A DNA stretch of 37,059 bases from a virus (taxonomy: Duplodnaviria > Caudoviricetes), in IMG/VR virus record IMGVR_UViG_3300016476_001164, positions 1 through 37,059 of that record. One strand, written 5' to 3'. A model generated the notes under the pieces. It saw nothing but the letters and a program-made list of their open reading frames with translations. It was not told where the DNA came from and ran no database searches. The position numbers and the translations under genes were made by a program. Positions 27,909-36,028 of this stretch are shown one piece after another. Each line of letters starts with the position of its first letter. Within the stretch, counting starts at the first letter, position 1.

Positions 27909-28317
27909 TTAATATTAAATCTATTTTAGTTTCTCTTATTCTTCTTACTTTTCTACCAATATCTGGATAGAAAAAACATCTTATACTATATTTGTTAATT
28001 ATATTATCATAACCAATTTGGTATATACCTATTGACTCATCCTTATCTAATGATTCTTTTACAAATTTAATCAATTCATCAATTGTTGCACCAACTATTG
28101 TTTTTGAATTATGTGATGTTTCATTAAATATAACATTTGGTGCATTGGCAATAAATCCTATCTCATCAATTATTTGATTAAGTATTTTTAACATTTCTTC
28201 ATCAGGTAACTTCTCTTTTGGAAAAAGAGTACTTGATATAGTCATAGTTTTTTTATGTGAATGGTCTTCTAATATCTTTTGAATTTTTTGTTCTCTTGAT
28301 AAATTACTAATATCCAT
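27886..28317 (-). CDS. Hypothetical protein with RExKIxxIL motif at both ends
   Basis: REQKIQKIL and RETKIDLIL. Confidence 0.7.
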   Translation of the reverse strand: MDISNLSREQKIQKILEDHSHKKTMTISSTLFPKEKLPDEEMLKILNQIIDEIGFIANAPNVIFNETSHNSKTIVGATIDELIKFVKESLDKDESIGIYQIGYDNIINKYSIRCFFYPDIGRKVRRIRETKIDLILNDKPNIQ

Positions 28318-28322
28318 TAAAA

Positions 28323-28982
28323 TTATTTTCTTTTTATAATGATTTCATCAATCATTCCATATTTCTTAGCATCTGTTGCAGTCATCCAATAATCTCTATC
28401 ACTATCTTTATGAACTTTTTCATATGTTTGACCTGTTCTATCAGAAATTATCTCATACAATTCTTTTTTCAATGAGTTTATTTCTTTTGCCTCAATCTCC
28501 ATATCAGATGCCTGTGCATATCCACCATAACCTAAAGGCTGATGTATCATTGTTCTACTTCTTTTTAAAGATTTTCTTTTACCTTTTGCACCAGAACATA
28601 AAACAACTGCGGCCATTGATGCAGCTAAACCAGTATTAATAGTTACAATATCAGGTTTTACATAGTCCATAACATCAAGTAATCCTAATCCTGAATAAAC
28701 TGAACCACCTGGTGAATCAATGTATATTTCTATATCTTCATCATTTAATGATTCAAGATACATTAGTTGTGCTTTTATTATATTACATACATAATCATCT
28801 ATTTCAGTTGATAAAAAGATAATTCTATCATCTAATAGTTTTGAAAATATATCTACAGACATTCCATTACTTTCTAATAATAAAGGAGTACTATTTAATT
28901 TTTGAAGTTTTTTGAAGTATGCATCTTGTGAAGTACTTGAGATTGATTGACTAAGTAAGTATTTATTAAAGTCTCTTGTCAT
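28323..28982 (-). CDS. clpP: ATP-dependent Clp protease proteolytic subunit
   Basis: DIFSKLLDDRIIFL, YIDSPGG, GLAASM, MIHQP, DRDYWM, YGMID. Confidence 0.95.
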   Translation of the reverse strand: MTRDFNKYLLSQSISSTSQDAYFKKLQKLNSTPLLLESNGMSVDIFSKLLDDRIIFLSTEIDDYVCNIIKAQLMYLESLNDEDIEIYIDSPGGSVYSGLGLLDVMDYVKPDIVTINTGLAASMAAVVLCSGAKGKRKSLKRSRTMIHQPLGYGGYAQASDMEIEAKEINSLKKELYEIISDRTGQTYEKVHKDSDRDYWMTATDAKKYGMIDEIIIKRK

Positions 28983-29004
28983 TATTTGAGTATTATTTTT
29001 CTAT

Positions 29005-29030
29005 TTTATTGATAAAATAAGTAAAAGTTT
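29005..29030 (-). promoter_or_regulatory. AAACTT-N14-AATAAA putative phage promoter
   Basis: Variant of the bipartite element, upstream of clpP. Confidence 0.4.
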
Positions 29031-29067
29031 ATAATTACAAAAGTGGATAAAAAGGAGTTTTATTATT

Positions 29068-29076
29068 TAATATATA
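29068..29076 (+). promoter_or_regulatory. TAATATATA box
   Basis: 22 nt before the ATG at 29099. Confidence 0.6.
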
Positions 29077-29098
29077 AAAATAAAAAAATTATAACAAT

Positions 29099-29398
29099 AT
29101 GAAAACTAAAGTTGAAGTACTTGGATATGAAATAGAAATCGAAGAAGTTGATGGTGTAGTAACTGTTAAAGCTGACTTAGATGGAGAAACAGTAGAAGAA
29201 TTTACACTTGAAACACCAGAAGGTGAAGAAGGTGAAGGTGGTGATGATGACATTAAAGGATTTAAAGATTTTGATGGTCAAGCACAAGAAGAAGATTTCC
29301 CACAAGATGATGAGGAAGAACATGAAGATGAAGAAGATGAGGATGAAGAAGAAAAAGAAACATTAGAATCTTTCCAATCTTTTATTAATAAAAAGTAA
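29099..29398 (+). CDS. Small, highly acidic protein
   Basis: 99 aa, D/E tracts, ends TLESFQSFINKK. Confidence 0.75.
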   Translation: MKTKVEVLGYEIEIEEVDGVVTVKADLDGETVEEFTLETPEGEEGEGGDDDIKGFKDFDGQAQEEDFPQDDEEEHEDEEDEDEEEKETLESFQSFINKK

Positions 29399-29404
29399 TT
29401 AAAT

Positions 29405-29430
29405 AAAAAGAGGTTTAGGCCTCTTTTTTT
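29405..29430 (+). terminator. Intrinsic terminator
   Basis: aaaaagaggt-ttag-gcctcttttttt. Confidence 0.8.
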
Positions 29431-29442
29431 AATTATAAAATT

Positions 29443-29451
29443 TAATATATA
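29443..29451 (+). promoter_or_regulatory. TAATATATA box
   Basis: 21 nt before the ATG at 29473. Confidence 0.6.
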
Positions 29452-29472
29452 ATAAAAAATTATTATAATACT

Positions 29473-30879
29473 ATGTTATTAAAATTTGATAATTTCATTT
29501 CTGAAAGTGTTGAAGGTAAAGGAACTTTACTTTATTATGCATTTGACTGGGATGACAATATACTAAAAATGCCTACTGAAATCATAGTTCAAACAGAAGA
29601 TGGTGAGGAAGTTGGTATGACTACTGCAGACTTTGCAATATATCGTTCTAAAATTGGTAAAGAAAACTTTGAATACAAAGATAAAACCATTACTGGTTTT
29701 GCAACTGAACCATTTAGAAACTTTAGAGATACAATGGATCCTGAAATTTTTAAGAAAGATGTTGCTAAAGCATTACAGATGAAATCATTTGCACCTGCTT
29801 GGGAAGACTTTATTGAATGTTTAACAAATGGTTCAGTATTTGCTATTATTACTGCAAGAGGTCATGAAGCAGAAGGAATGAGAAAAGGTGTTGAATATGT
29901 TATTGATAGTTTAACTGATAATGAGAAATCAAAAATGCATGATAGTTTATTAATGTTCTTACATCTTTTTGATAAGAAAAGAGATAATGAAGATAACTAT
30001 GAAAGTATGTCAAATTTCTCAAAATCTGAATTAGTACAAGATTATTTAGATTTATGTCATTTTGTTGGTGTATCTGCACCATCAAGAGGTGGTAGTCCAG
30101 ATAATCCAGAAGCTGCTAAAGAAGAAGCATTAAGAAATTTTATTTCTGATGTAAATAGATATGCACAAAAAATTGGATTTGTTGCCAAAGTTGGTTTCTC
30201 AGATGATGACCCAGGAAATGTTAGTCATATGACACATGCTCTTTCAAGTTCAGATATAGATCATGAAAGTTTATGGCCTTATGTTGATGAGTTTATTATC
30301 AAAGATACTAATAAACCAGAAAATATTGTAAAGACTAAAATTCCTACAAGAGTTAAGCAATATGATGAGTTTACTGAAAATATGTCACAAACTCCAGGTT
30401 TAGAATCTTCTATTATGCCATTTGCAAGCTTTAATAACTTGGCAATTGAAGATGGTAAAGCTAATGATAGATTTACACCAGGTGGTGGAGAAACAAGACA
30501 AGACCCTTATACTAACTTATTGAAAAATAAAGCAAAACGTTTAGCAAAAGAAAGTAATACTTATTGTGATTGTTGTGATAGTATTGCAAGTGAGTGTAAA
30601 TGTGGACCAGATTGTAAATGTGGTTGTAAAAAAACATTAGAATCATTTAGTAAAAATCCTATAAGTGAATTAGATTTTGATGATTTAGTTGATTTAATGA
30701 TTAAAGCTAATGATGGTGACTTAGATGGTATTGTCCAAAGTAAAGCTAATCGTTTTTTTTCTAAATACAAAATAGATACATCAATGACCACTTATGAAAT
30801 AATGGATGAATTACATGATAATTATGGTGATTCAATAATGAAAGAGATGCAAGATATTCTAAGTGATTATAGAGAATAA
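29473..30879 (+). CDS. HAD-superfamily phosphatase-like multidomain protein
   Basis: AFDWDDNI (DxD), IITARG, K, GFSDDD; leader MLLKFDNFISE; 8-Cys cluster. Confidence 0.75.
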   Translation: MLLKFDNFISESVEGKGTLLYYAFDWDDNILKMPTEIIVQTEDGEEVGMTTADFAIYRSKIGKENFEYKDKTITGFATEPFRNFRDTMDPEIFKKDVAKALQMKSFAPAWEDFIECLTNGSVFAIITARGHEAEGMRKGVEYVIDSLTDNEKSKMHDSLLMFLHLFDKKRDNEDNYESMSNFSKSELVQDYLDLCHFVGVSAPSRGGSPDNPEAAKEEALRNFISDVNRYAQKIGFVAKVGFSDDDPGNVSHMTHALSSSDIDHESLWPYVDEFIIKDTNKPENIVKTKIPTRVKQYDEFTENMSQTPGLESSIMPFASFNNLAIEDGKANDRFTPGGGETRQDPYTNLLKNKAKRLAKESNTYCDCCDSIASECKCGPDCKCGCKKTLESFSKNPISELDFDDLVDLMIKANDGDLDGIVQSKANRFFSKYKIDTSMTTYEIMDELHDNYGDSIMKEMQDILSDYRE

Positions 30880-30891
30880 AAATGAAATAAT

Positions 30892-30920
30892 AAAAATCCT
30901 CTTTTTTTAAGAGGATTTTT
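30892..30920 (+). terminator. Intrinsic terminator
   Basis: aaaaatcctctt...aagaggattttt. Confidence 0.8.
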
Positions 30921-30929
30921 TAATATATA
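30921..30929 (+). promoter_or_regulatory. TAATATATA box
   Basis: 5 nt before the ATG at 30935, abutting the terminator. Confidence 0.65.
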
Positions 30930-30934
30930 CTACT

Positions 30935-32743
30935 ATGAAAAGATTTTTAGAGTTTATTAATGAGAATAAAAATACAATGAGATTGTATTACTCAGACAAA
31001 CTTAGAGATATACTTAAAAGGATAGCTAATGGTGTTTCAGGAGATTCTGCAAAGACTGCCAATTTTTTATTATTAATAGAAGATTCCAATCAAATGGAAG
31101 ATAAATATACACTTGTTGATGTAACTGAGAAGAATGATTATATATCTTATATACAAGTAAATAGAATACATAAAGAATTTCCTGGTAAAGATGATAGAGT
31201 AGATGATGATTCCAAACTATGGACTGATGAAAATTTAAGAACTAAACATAAAATAGGTAAATGGGTAACTCATATCTATAAAAATGTTTATAAAACTCAA
31301 GAGTTTACACCATCACAAATAGAACAATTTTCAAATGCATATAAAGCAACTTATGATAAAATAAACATTGAACCTGAGTTTGTTATATTGAAAGGTGATG
31401 ATATTAAATGGGGATATTTAGAAAGTAATTATGTACCATGTGAAAGAACAACATTGGGTAATTCTTGTATGAGATATTCAAGATGTCAAACATATTTTGA
31501 TATTTATACAGAAAATGAAGATGTATGTAGTTTATTAGTTCTTAAAGATGCAGATAATAAAGTTTTAGGTAGAGCACTTCTTTGGAAATTAGATGATGGT
31601 GACCTTTATATGGATAGAATATATATTGCTAATGATAGTGATAAGTATTTATTTACAGAATGGGCTGATAATAATAATTACAGAACTTATGATAATGATT
31701 ATAAAACTAAAAAAGTTACTATTAATTCAAATACATATGATAGATATCCATACATGGACACTTTCCTTACATTAGATACAGATAATGGTATTTTAAGCAG
31801 TGAAGAAAGTTCAGATAGAGATTGTATAAAATTACAAGATACACATGGTGGTTATCAAGAACAAGGTGTTTGGAGTGATTATGAAGGTGAATATATTGAT
31901 GAAGATTATGCAGTTTATATTGACTCAATTAATGATTATGTACATCAAAATAATGCAGTTTATTTAGAATATAAGGATAGATATGAATTAGATGATAATA
32001 ATTATAGAATAAGACATAATCTACCTCAATTAGTTCATAGTGAATGTTGTGAAACTTGGTTATATATAGATGATTCTTCTTATTCAGAAATACTTGGTGA
32101 TTATGTTGATATTTCTGATGAAGAATACATAGTATTTATTATTGATAGTGATGGTGAAACTGATATAGTACCAGATACTGAAAAATACTCTTGTTTATAT
32201 AAAAGAGTTGAGGATGAATACTACTCTATGGATTATATTGAAAACCCATATGCAGATGGTGAATATGCTTTCTGGGATGATATTTTCTATGATTTGAGAA
32301 ATAGTTTAGTTGAGGAATTAGGATCAAGTTCAACTCAAGTAAACAGTGAAGTTATGGATAAGTTCTTAGAGTTAAAACCAGATACAGAATTAATTAAAGC
32401 AATTGATGAAGATGATTCTTATAGAATAATACTTAGAACTTACTATGGTACTAAATCTAAACCTACTCAAGAGGAAATGTTACCTATACTTTGTTTAGGT
32501 GCAATAATGAAAATAGATAAAGAAGATGTTATTACAACATATTGGCTACCTGATAAATATCAAACAAAGTTAGATTATGTACTTGATTTAATAGACAATG
32601 ATGAACTTACTAATAAATATAAAGAATGGTCTGGTTCTAACTCTATGATGAAACAACTTCTAAGATTTGCATATGGATTTGATTACAAATCATTTGGTGA
32701 ATATATTTATAAGAGAGCTCTTTATCTTAAAATATATGGTTAA
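30935..32743 (+). CDS. Conserved-looking phage protein of unknown function with MKRFLEFINE leader
   Basis: GNSCMRY, GRALLW, YMDRIY, YPYMDT motifs, then Tyr/Asp-rich imperfect repeats. Confidence 0.7.
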   Translation: MKRFLEFINENKNTMRLYYSDKLRDILKRIANGVSGDSAKTANFLLLIEDSNQMEDKYTLVDVTEKNDYISYIQVNRIHKEFPGKDDRVDDDSKLWTDENLRTKHKIGKWVTHIYKNVYKTQEFTPSQIEQFSNAYKATYDKINIEPEFVILKGDDIKWGYLESNYVPCERTTLGNSCMRYSRCQTYFDIYTENEDVCSLLVLKDADNKVLGRALLWKLDDGDLYMDRIYIANDSDKYLFTEWADNNNYRTYDNDYKTKKVTINSNTYDRYPYMDTFLTLDTDNGILSSEESSDRDCIKLQDTHGGYQEQGVWSDYEGEYIDEDYAVYIDSINDYVHQNNAVYLEYKDRYELDDNNYRIRHNLPQLVHSECCETWLYIDDSSYSEILGDYVDISDEEYIVFIIDSDGETDIVPDTEKYSCLYKRVEDEYYSMDYIENPYADGEYAFWDDIFYDLRNSLVEELGSSSTQVNSEVMDKFLELKPDTELIKAIDEDDSYRIILRTYYGTKSKPTQEEMLPILCLGAIMKIDKEDVITTYWLPDKYQTKLDYVLDLIDNDELTNKYKEWSGSNSMMKQLLRFAYGFDYKSFGEYIYKRALYLKIYG

Positions 32744-33408
32744 TCCAATATAATATCTTCATTTGATTCACCAAGAAAGATAAACTTTTTGTAAGTTCCC
32801 CAAGATTGTGGATCAACAGTAAATACATATTTTTTACCACCTACAATAACTGGAATTGCTTTAGGTAAATCAAAAGCTCTAACATCTTTGAATTTAGTTT
32901 GTAAAGTTTCAATTATCATATTCTCAAATGCTTCTCTAACTCTATAGTGTAAGTATTTATTTGCAGCAGATAATCTGTGATATTTTTCACCTAACTCAAG
33001 AGCTCTTTGATTATTTAAGATAAAGTGAATTTTTTTATCTCTAATATCTTCAACACTTCCTTCATCAAATTTAACTCTGTCAGAAGAAGTACCATAAGAT
33101 TGGTAACTATCATCATATGTCATTTTATATTGGTATAATACTTTCCCACTTTCAGGAAAATCAATGTAGAAATAAGTGATATAAGAATCATTGAATCTAC
33201 TATTATTATTTTTTGTTGGTGGAATATCTCTTACAATTTCATTGATACACTCTAATACTTCATTGGATTTTTTCTCAGAACGCTCTTTTGCTCTAAGATA
33301 TAAATCATGAATTTCTGAAATAGTACGTACCTTTGGTTTTCTTTTGAACTTCCACTCAAAAGAATCAATATTTTCCCAATTAAATCTGCGTCTTCCCATT
33401 ATACTCAT
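32740..33408 (-). CDS. Hypothetical protein with internal RDKKIHFIL motif
   Basis: 222-aa ORF (start may be 33399). Confidence 0.7.
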   Translation of the reverse strand: MSIMGRRRFNWENIDSFEWKFKRKPKVRTISEIHDLYLRAKERSEKKSNEVLECINEIVRDIPPTKNNNSRFNDSYITYFYIDFPESGKVLYQYKMTYDDSYQSYGTSSDRVKFDEGSVEDIRDKKIHFILNNQRALELGEKYHRLSAANKYLHYRVREAFENMIIETLQTKFKDVRAFDLPKAIPVIVGGKKYVFTVDPQSWGTYKKFIFLGESNEDIILD

Positions 33409-33628
33409 TGTCTAAAATATTATCAATTTTTACTTCTCTATCCAACTCTTTTTGATTTTCATAATACCATCTAATGAAATCATGGTAATAAGCAATGTAA
33501 TTACCATCATCATCACCATAAATAGTTTGTCCAAACATAAATCTGTTAAAACTATCTCTCCATTCTAAAGGTATGTCATTAAACTTGACATCTTTTTTGT
33601 TTTTAACTAATTCACTTATGTTGGCCAT
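33380..33628 (-). CDS. Small hypothetical protein with REVKIDNIL motif
   Basis: 82-aa ORF; TATCTTTG box upstream. Confidence 0.7.
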   Translation of the reverse strand: MANISELVKNKKDVKFNDIPLEWRDSFNRFMFGQTIYGDDDGNYIAYYHDFIRWYYENQKELDREVKIDNILDNEYNGKTQI

Positions 33629-33640
33629 TGTTTTATTTTT

Positions 33641-34765
33641 TTACAAAGATAGGAAAAAATCATCTAATATTTTATTTATTTTTGATTTTTTTAAATAGTG
33701 TATTCTTAAAAGTTTTATATTATTTACTATACACCAATTTGTTTTTATATCATCATTAATTTTAATCCTTTTTAAAGCAATATCACCACCAAATATACTA
33801 CTTGATCTATAGTGTAATTCACCATCATATTCAATACAAACATTATAATCAGGTAAATAGAAATCAAATGGTAATTCTTTAATATTTACACAACTTTTAA
33901 ATTTCTTCTCTCTTTGATAAGAAATATTTTTATCATCTAAATATGTTTTTATCAACCTTTCACCTATTGATTCTCTATTTGAAACACACCCAAGAAAATC
34001 TAAATATCCTTTCCATTTTTTTGAATATGCACTATCTGGACGTTTAGGTAGAAAAGTTATATTGTTAGTTGTTATATAATTATAGTATTCATATTGATCC
34101 TTAAATTTTAGTTTTCTCACATATTCTCTAGCAGATTTGAAATCCATTAATAATTTAGATTTGCTTAAAGGTGATAACTTTGAGTCTAAAAATGCCTCCC
34201 AAGATACCCAACCTTTATCTTTATAAATATAGTCAGGTCTTTTTGGAACCTCAATGGGCAAAGTGCTTTTGTCCAATTTTACCCAACTACCTTTATTTAC
34301 TATTTCAGGAAAATTATTTTTTATATAACTTTTACAATCTTCATAGGATAAATATTTAATATTAGAAAAGTTTTTATAATTACTCAAACCTAACCAATTT
34401 GAATATGATACCCAACCTTTATCTTTATATACTTTATCTGGATTAGATGGTATTTTAAGTGATTTTAAATTTAATTCTTTGTACTTATTACACCAGTCTT
34501 TCCAATTTTTTATTCCTAGTTTTTTAACTATATTTAAAGAATCTTCATATGATAGAAAATCTTTTTTCTGTTCACTTTTTGAGAATGATAGAAAATCTTC
34601 CCAAGATATCCAAGTGTTTCTATTTTTTGCACTAAAATATTCATAAGGTCTTTTATTTATCTCTTTAATAAAACTTCCACTTTTTGCCATACTATAAAAC
34701 ATTGTAGATGACTTTAAATTGAATTTCTTCAAATACTCTTTTGATTGTTCATATGAATAATACAT
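33641..34765 (-). CDS. Putative free-standing endonuclease: four ~60-aa repeats plus PD-(D/E)XK/Vsr-like domain
   Basis: Repeats SYE...P.RP...YK.KGW..W..FL (integrase-repeat-like); S.GE..I, LPFDFYLP, IEYDGELH. Confidence 0.8.
   Translation of the reverse strand: MYYSYEQSKEYLKKFNLKSSTMFYSMAKSGSFIKEINKRPYEYFSAKNRNTWISWEDFLSFSKSEQKKDFLSYEDSLNIVKKLGIKNWKDWCNKYKELNLKSLKIPSNPDKVYKDKGWVSYSNWLGLSNYKNFSNIKYLSYEDCKSYIKNNFPEIVNKGSWVKLDKSTLPIEVPKRPDYIYKDKGWVSWEAFLDSKLSPLSKSKLLMDFKSAREYVRKLKFKDQYEYYNYITTNNITFLPKRPDSAYSKKWKGYLDFLGCVSNRESIGERLIKTYLDDKNISYQREKKFKSCVNIKELPFDFYLPDYNVCIEYDGELHYRSSSIFGGDIALKRIKINDDIKTNWCIVNNIKLLRIHYLKKSKINKILDDFFLSL
33644..33651 (-). promoter_or_regulatory. Bacteroidota sigma-A -7 box (TATCTTTG)
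   Basis: In the last codons of the endonuclease gene, 15 nt before the ATG at 33628. Confidence 0.5.
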
Positions 34766-34831
34766 AACTTTTAATTATCTTTATGTATATATAAAATTGT
34801 GATTGTCCTCTATGTTAAAAAAAATAAAATT

Positions 34832-36028
34832 ATGGATAAGGTTTATATAGAATCATTAGTACAAAAGATTGTAAATAAAGAGTTTTCTTCTGCAAATAGA
34901 CAAAAAGTTATTGTATATTCTGATAGATTGCAATTGTGTTGTCCATATTGTGGAGATGGAAAATCAGAGTACAAAAAGAGAGGAAACTTATATTTCAACA
35001 GATTAGTATTTATTTGTTTTAATTGTGATAAGAAAACCACATTTGATAAAATGTGTAAACACTTTAATGAACAAATAGACCCTGATAAAAAACTTGAAAT
35101 GATTGAACACTTAGATTCAATTGTAAGTTACACAGATTATCAAAATGAATTTATTGATGCAAGATTTGAAAACTTAATTGATTTAAGTGACCTTGAAGAT
35201 TCTATAAATAAAAACTTAACACCTTTATCAGATTTTAAACCAATTCAAGTAAATGGTGGTATCTACAAGTATCTTATAGGTCGTGGTATTGGTCCAGAAC
35301 TACACAAAAATATTTACCAAGCAAAGTATTGGAAAAATGAAGATGAATCAGAATGGGTTATTGTAATGCTTAATAGAAAGGATAATAAGATATTAGGTAT
35401 GCAAATTAGAAATCTTAAAGAAGGTAAACGTAGAACTTTTAAGATTTACAATTATGAGAACTTATTAGAGTGGGTTAATCTTGCAAAAGAAGAACCTAAG
35501 GTAATTGATATTAATGAACTTGTGGTTTATAACAAATTATCATATTACTTTAATATACTTAATGTTAACTTTGATTATATGATAACTGTATTTGAAGGTT
35601 ATTTGGATTCATTGTTTTATCCTAATTCAATTGGATTGGTTGGTGTTAATACTGATTTTAGATTTTTAGAAAATGGTGGATTTGACTTACAATACTTCTT
35701 TGATAATGATGAAGCAGGTTTTAAGAAATCTGAGGAAAAGTTAAAAGAAGGATATCCAGTATTTTTATGGAGAAAACTATTTGATGATATTGTTGAAAGA
35801 AAAAGAGTAGAGGATCCTTATACATTATTACATAGAATTAGTAAAGTAAAAGATATAAATAAACTTTGTCAATTAACACCTGGTGCTTACAAAAAACTAA
35901 ACCTTCCTAATTTCTTTAGTAAGGATGTTTTAGATATTAAATGGATACCTAAATTTAAGAAAAGAAAGAGAAATGAAGTTGATGTAGTTGACTACAATAG
36001 AAAATTTGAAGATTTTAAGAAACTTTAA
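34832..36028 (+). CDS. T4 gp61-like DNA primase
   Basis: Zn ribbon CPYCGD..KKRG..CFNC; TOPRIM FEGYLDS, FFDND, KDIN; start placed at MDKVY. Confidence 0.88.
   Translation: MDKVYIESLVQKIVNKEFSSANRQKVIVYSDRLQLCCPYCGDGKSEYKKRGNLYFNRLVFICFNCDKKTTFDKMCKHFNEQIDPDKKLEMIEHLDSIVSYTDYQNEFIDARFENLIDLSDLEDSINKNLTPLSDFKPIQVNGGIYKYLIGRGIGPELHKNIYQAKYWKNEDESEWVIVMLNRKDNKILGMQIRNLKEGKRRTFKIYNYENLLEWVNLAKEEPKVIDINELVVYNKLSYYFNILNVNFDYMITVFEGYLDSLFYPNSIGLVGVNTDFRFLENGGFDLQYFFDNDEAGFKKSEEKLKEGYPVFLWRKLFDDIVERKRVEDPYTLLHRISKVKDINKLCQLTPGAYKKLNLPNFFSKDVLDIKWIPKFKKRKRNEVDVVDYNRKFEDFKKL

Noticed and set aside
33650-33690. KKSKINKIL as another copy of the RxxKI tag
   Set aside because: Lacks the Arg and is probably the normal terminal helix of the nuclease domain.
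3119-35040. Nested or antisense ORFs (3119, 4349, 8902, 9583, 11624, 13272, 14132, 14909, 20279, 21556, 22252, 22370, 28376, 29900, 30561, 31593, 34171, 34843)
   Set aside because: They overlap better-supported genes and have shadow-frame composition with no motifs.
35996-36028. Primase C-terminus RKFEDFKKL resembling the leader motif
   Set aside because: Short K/F/E-rich match in a replication protein; chance similarity cannot be excluded.
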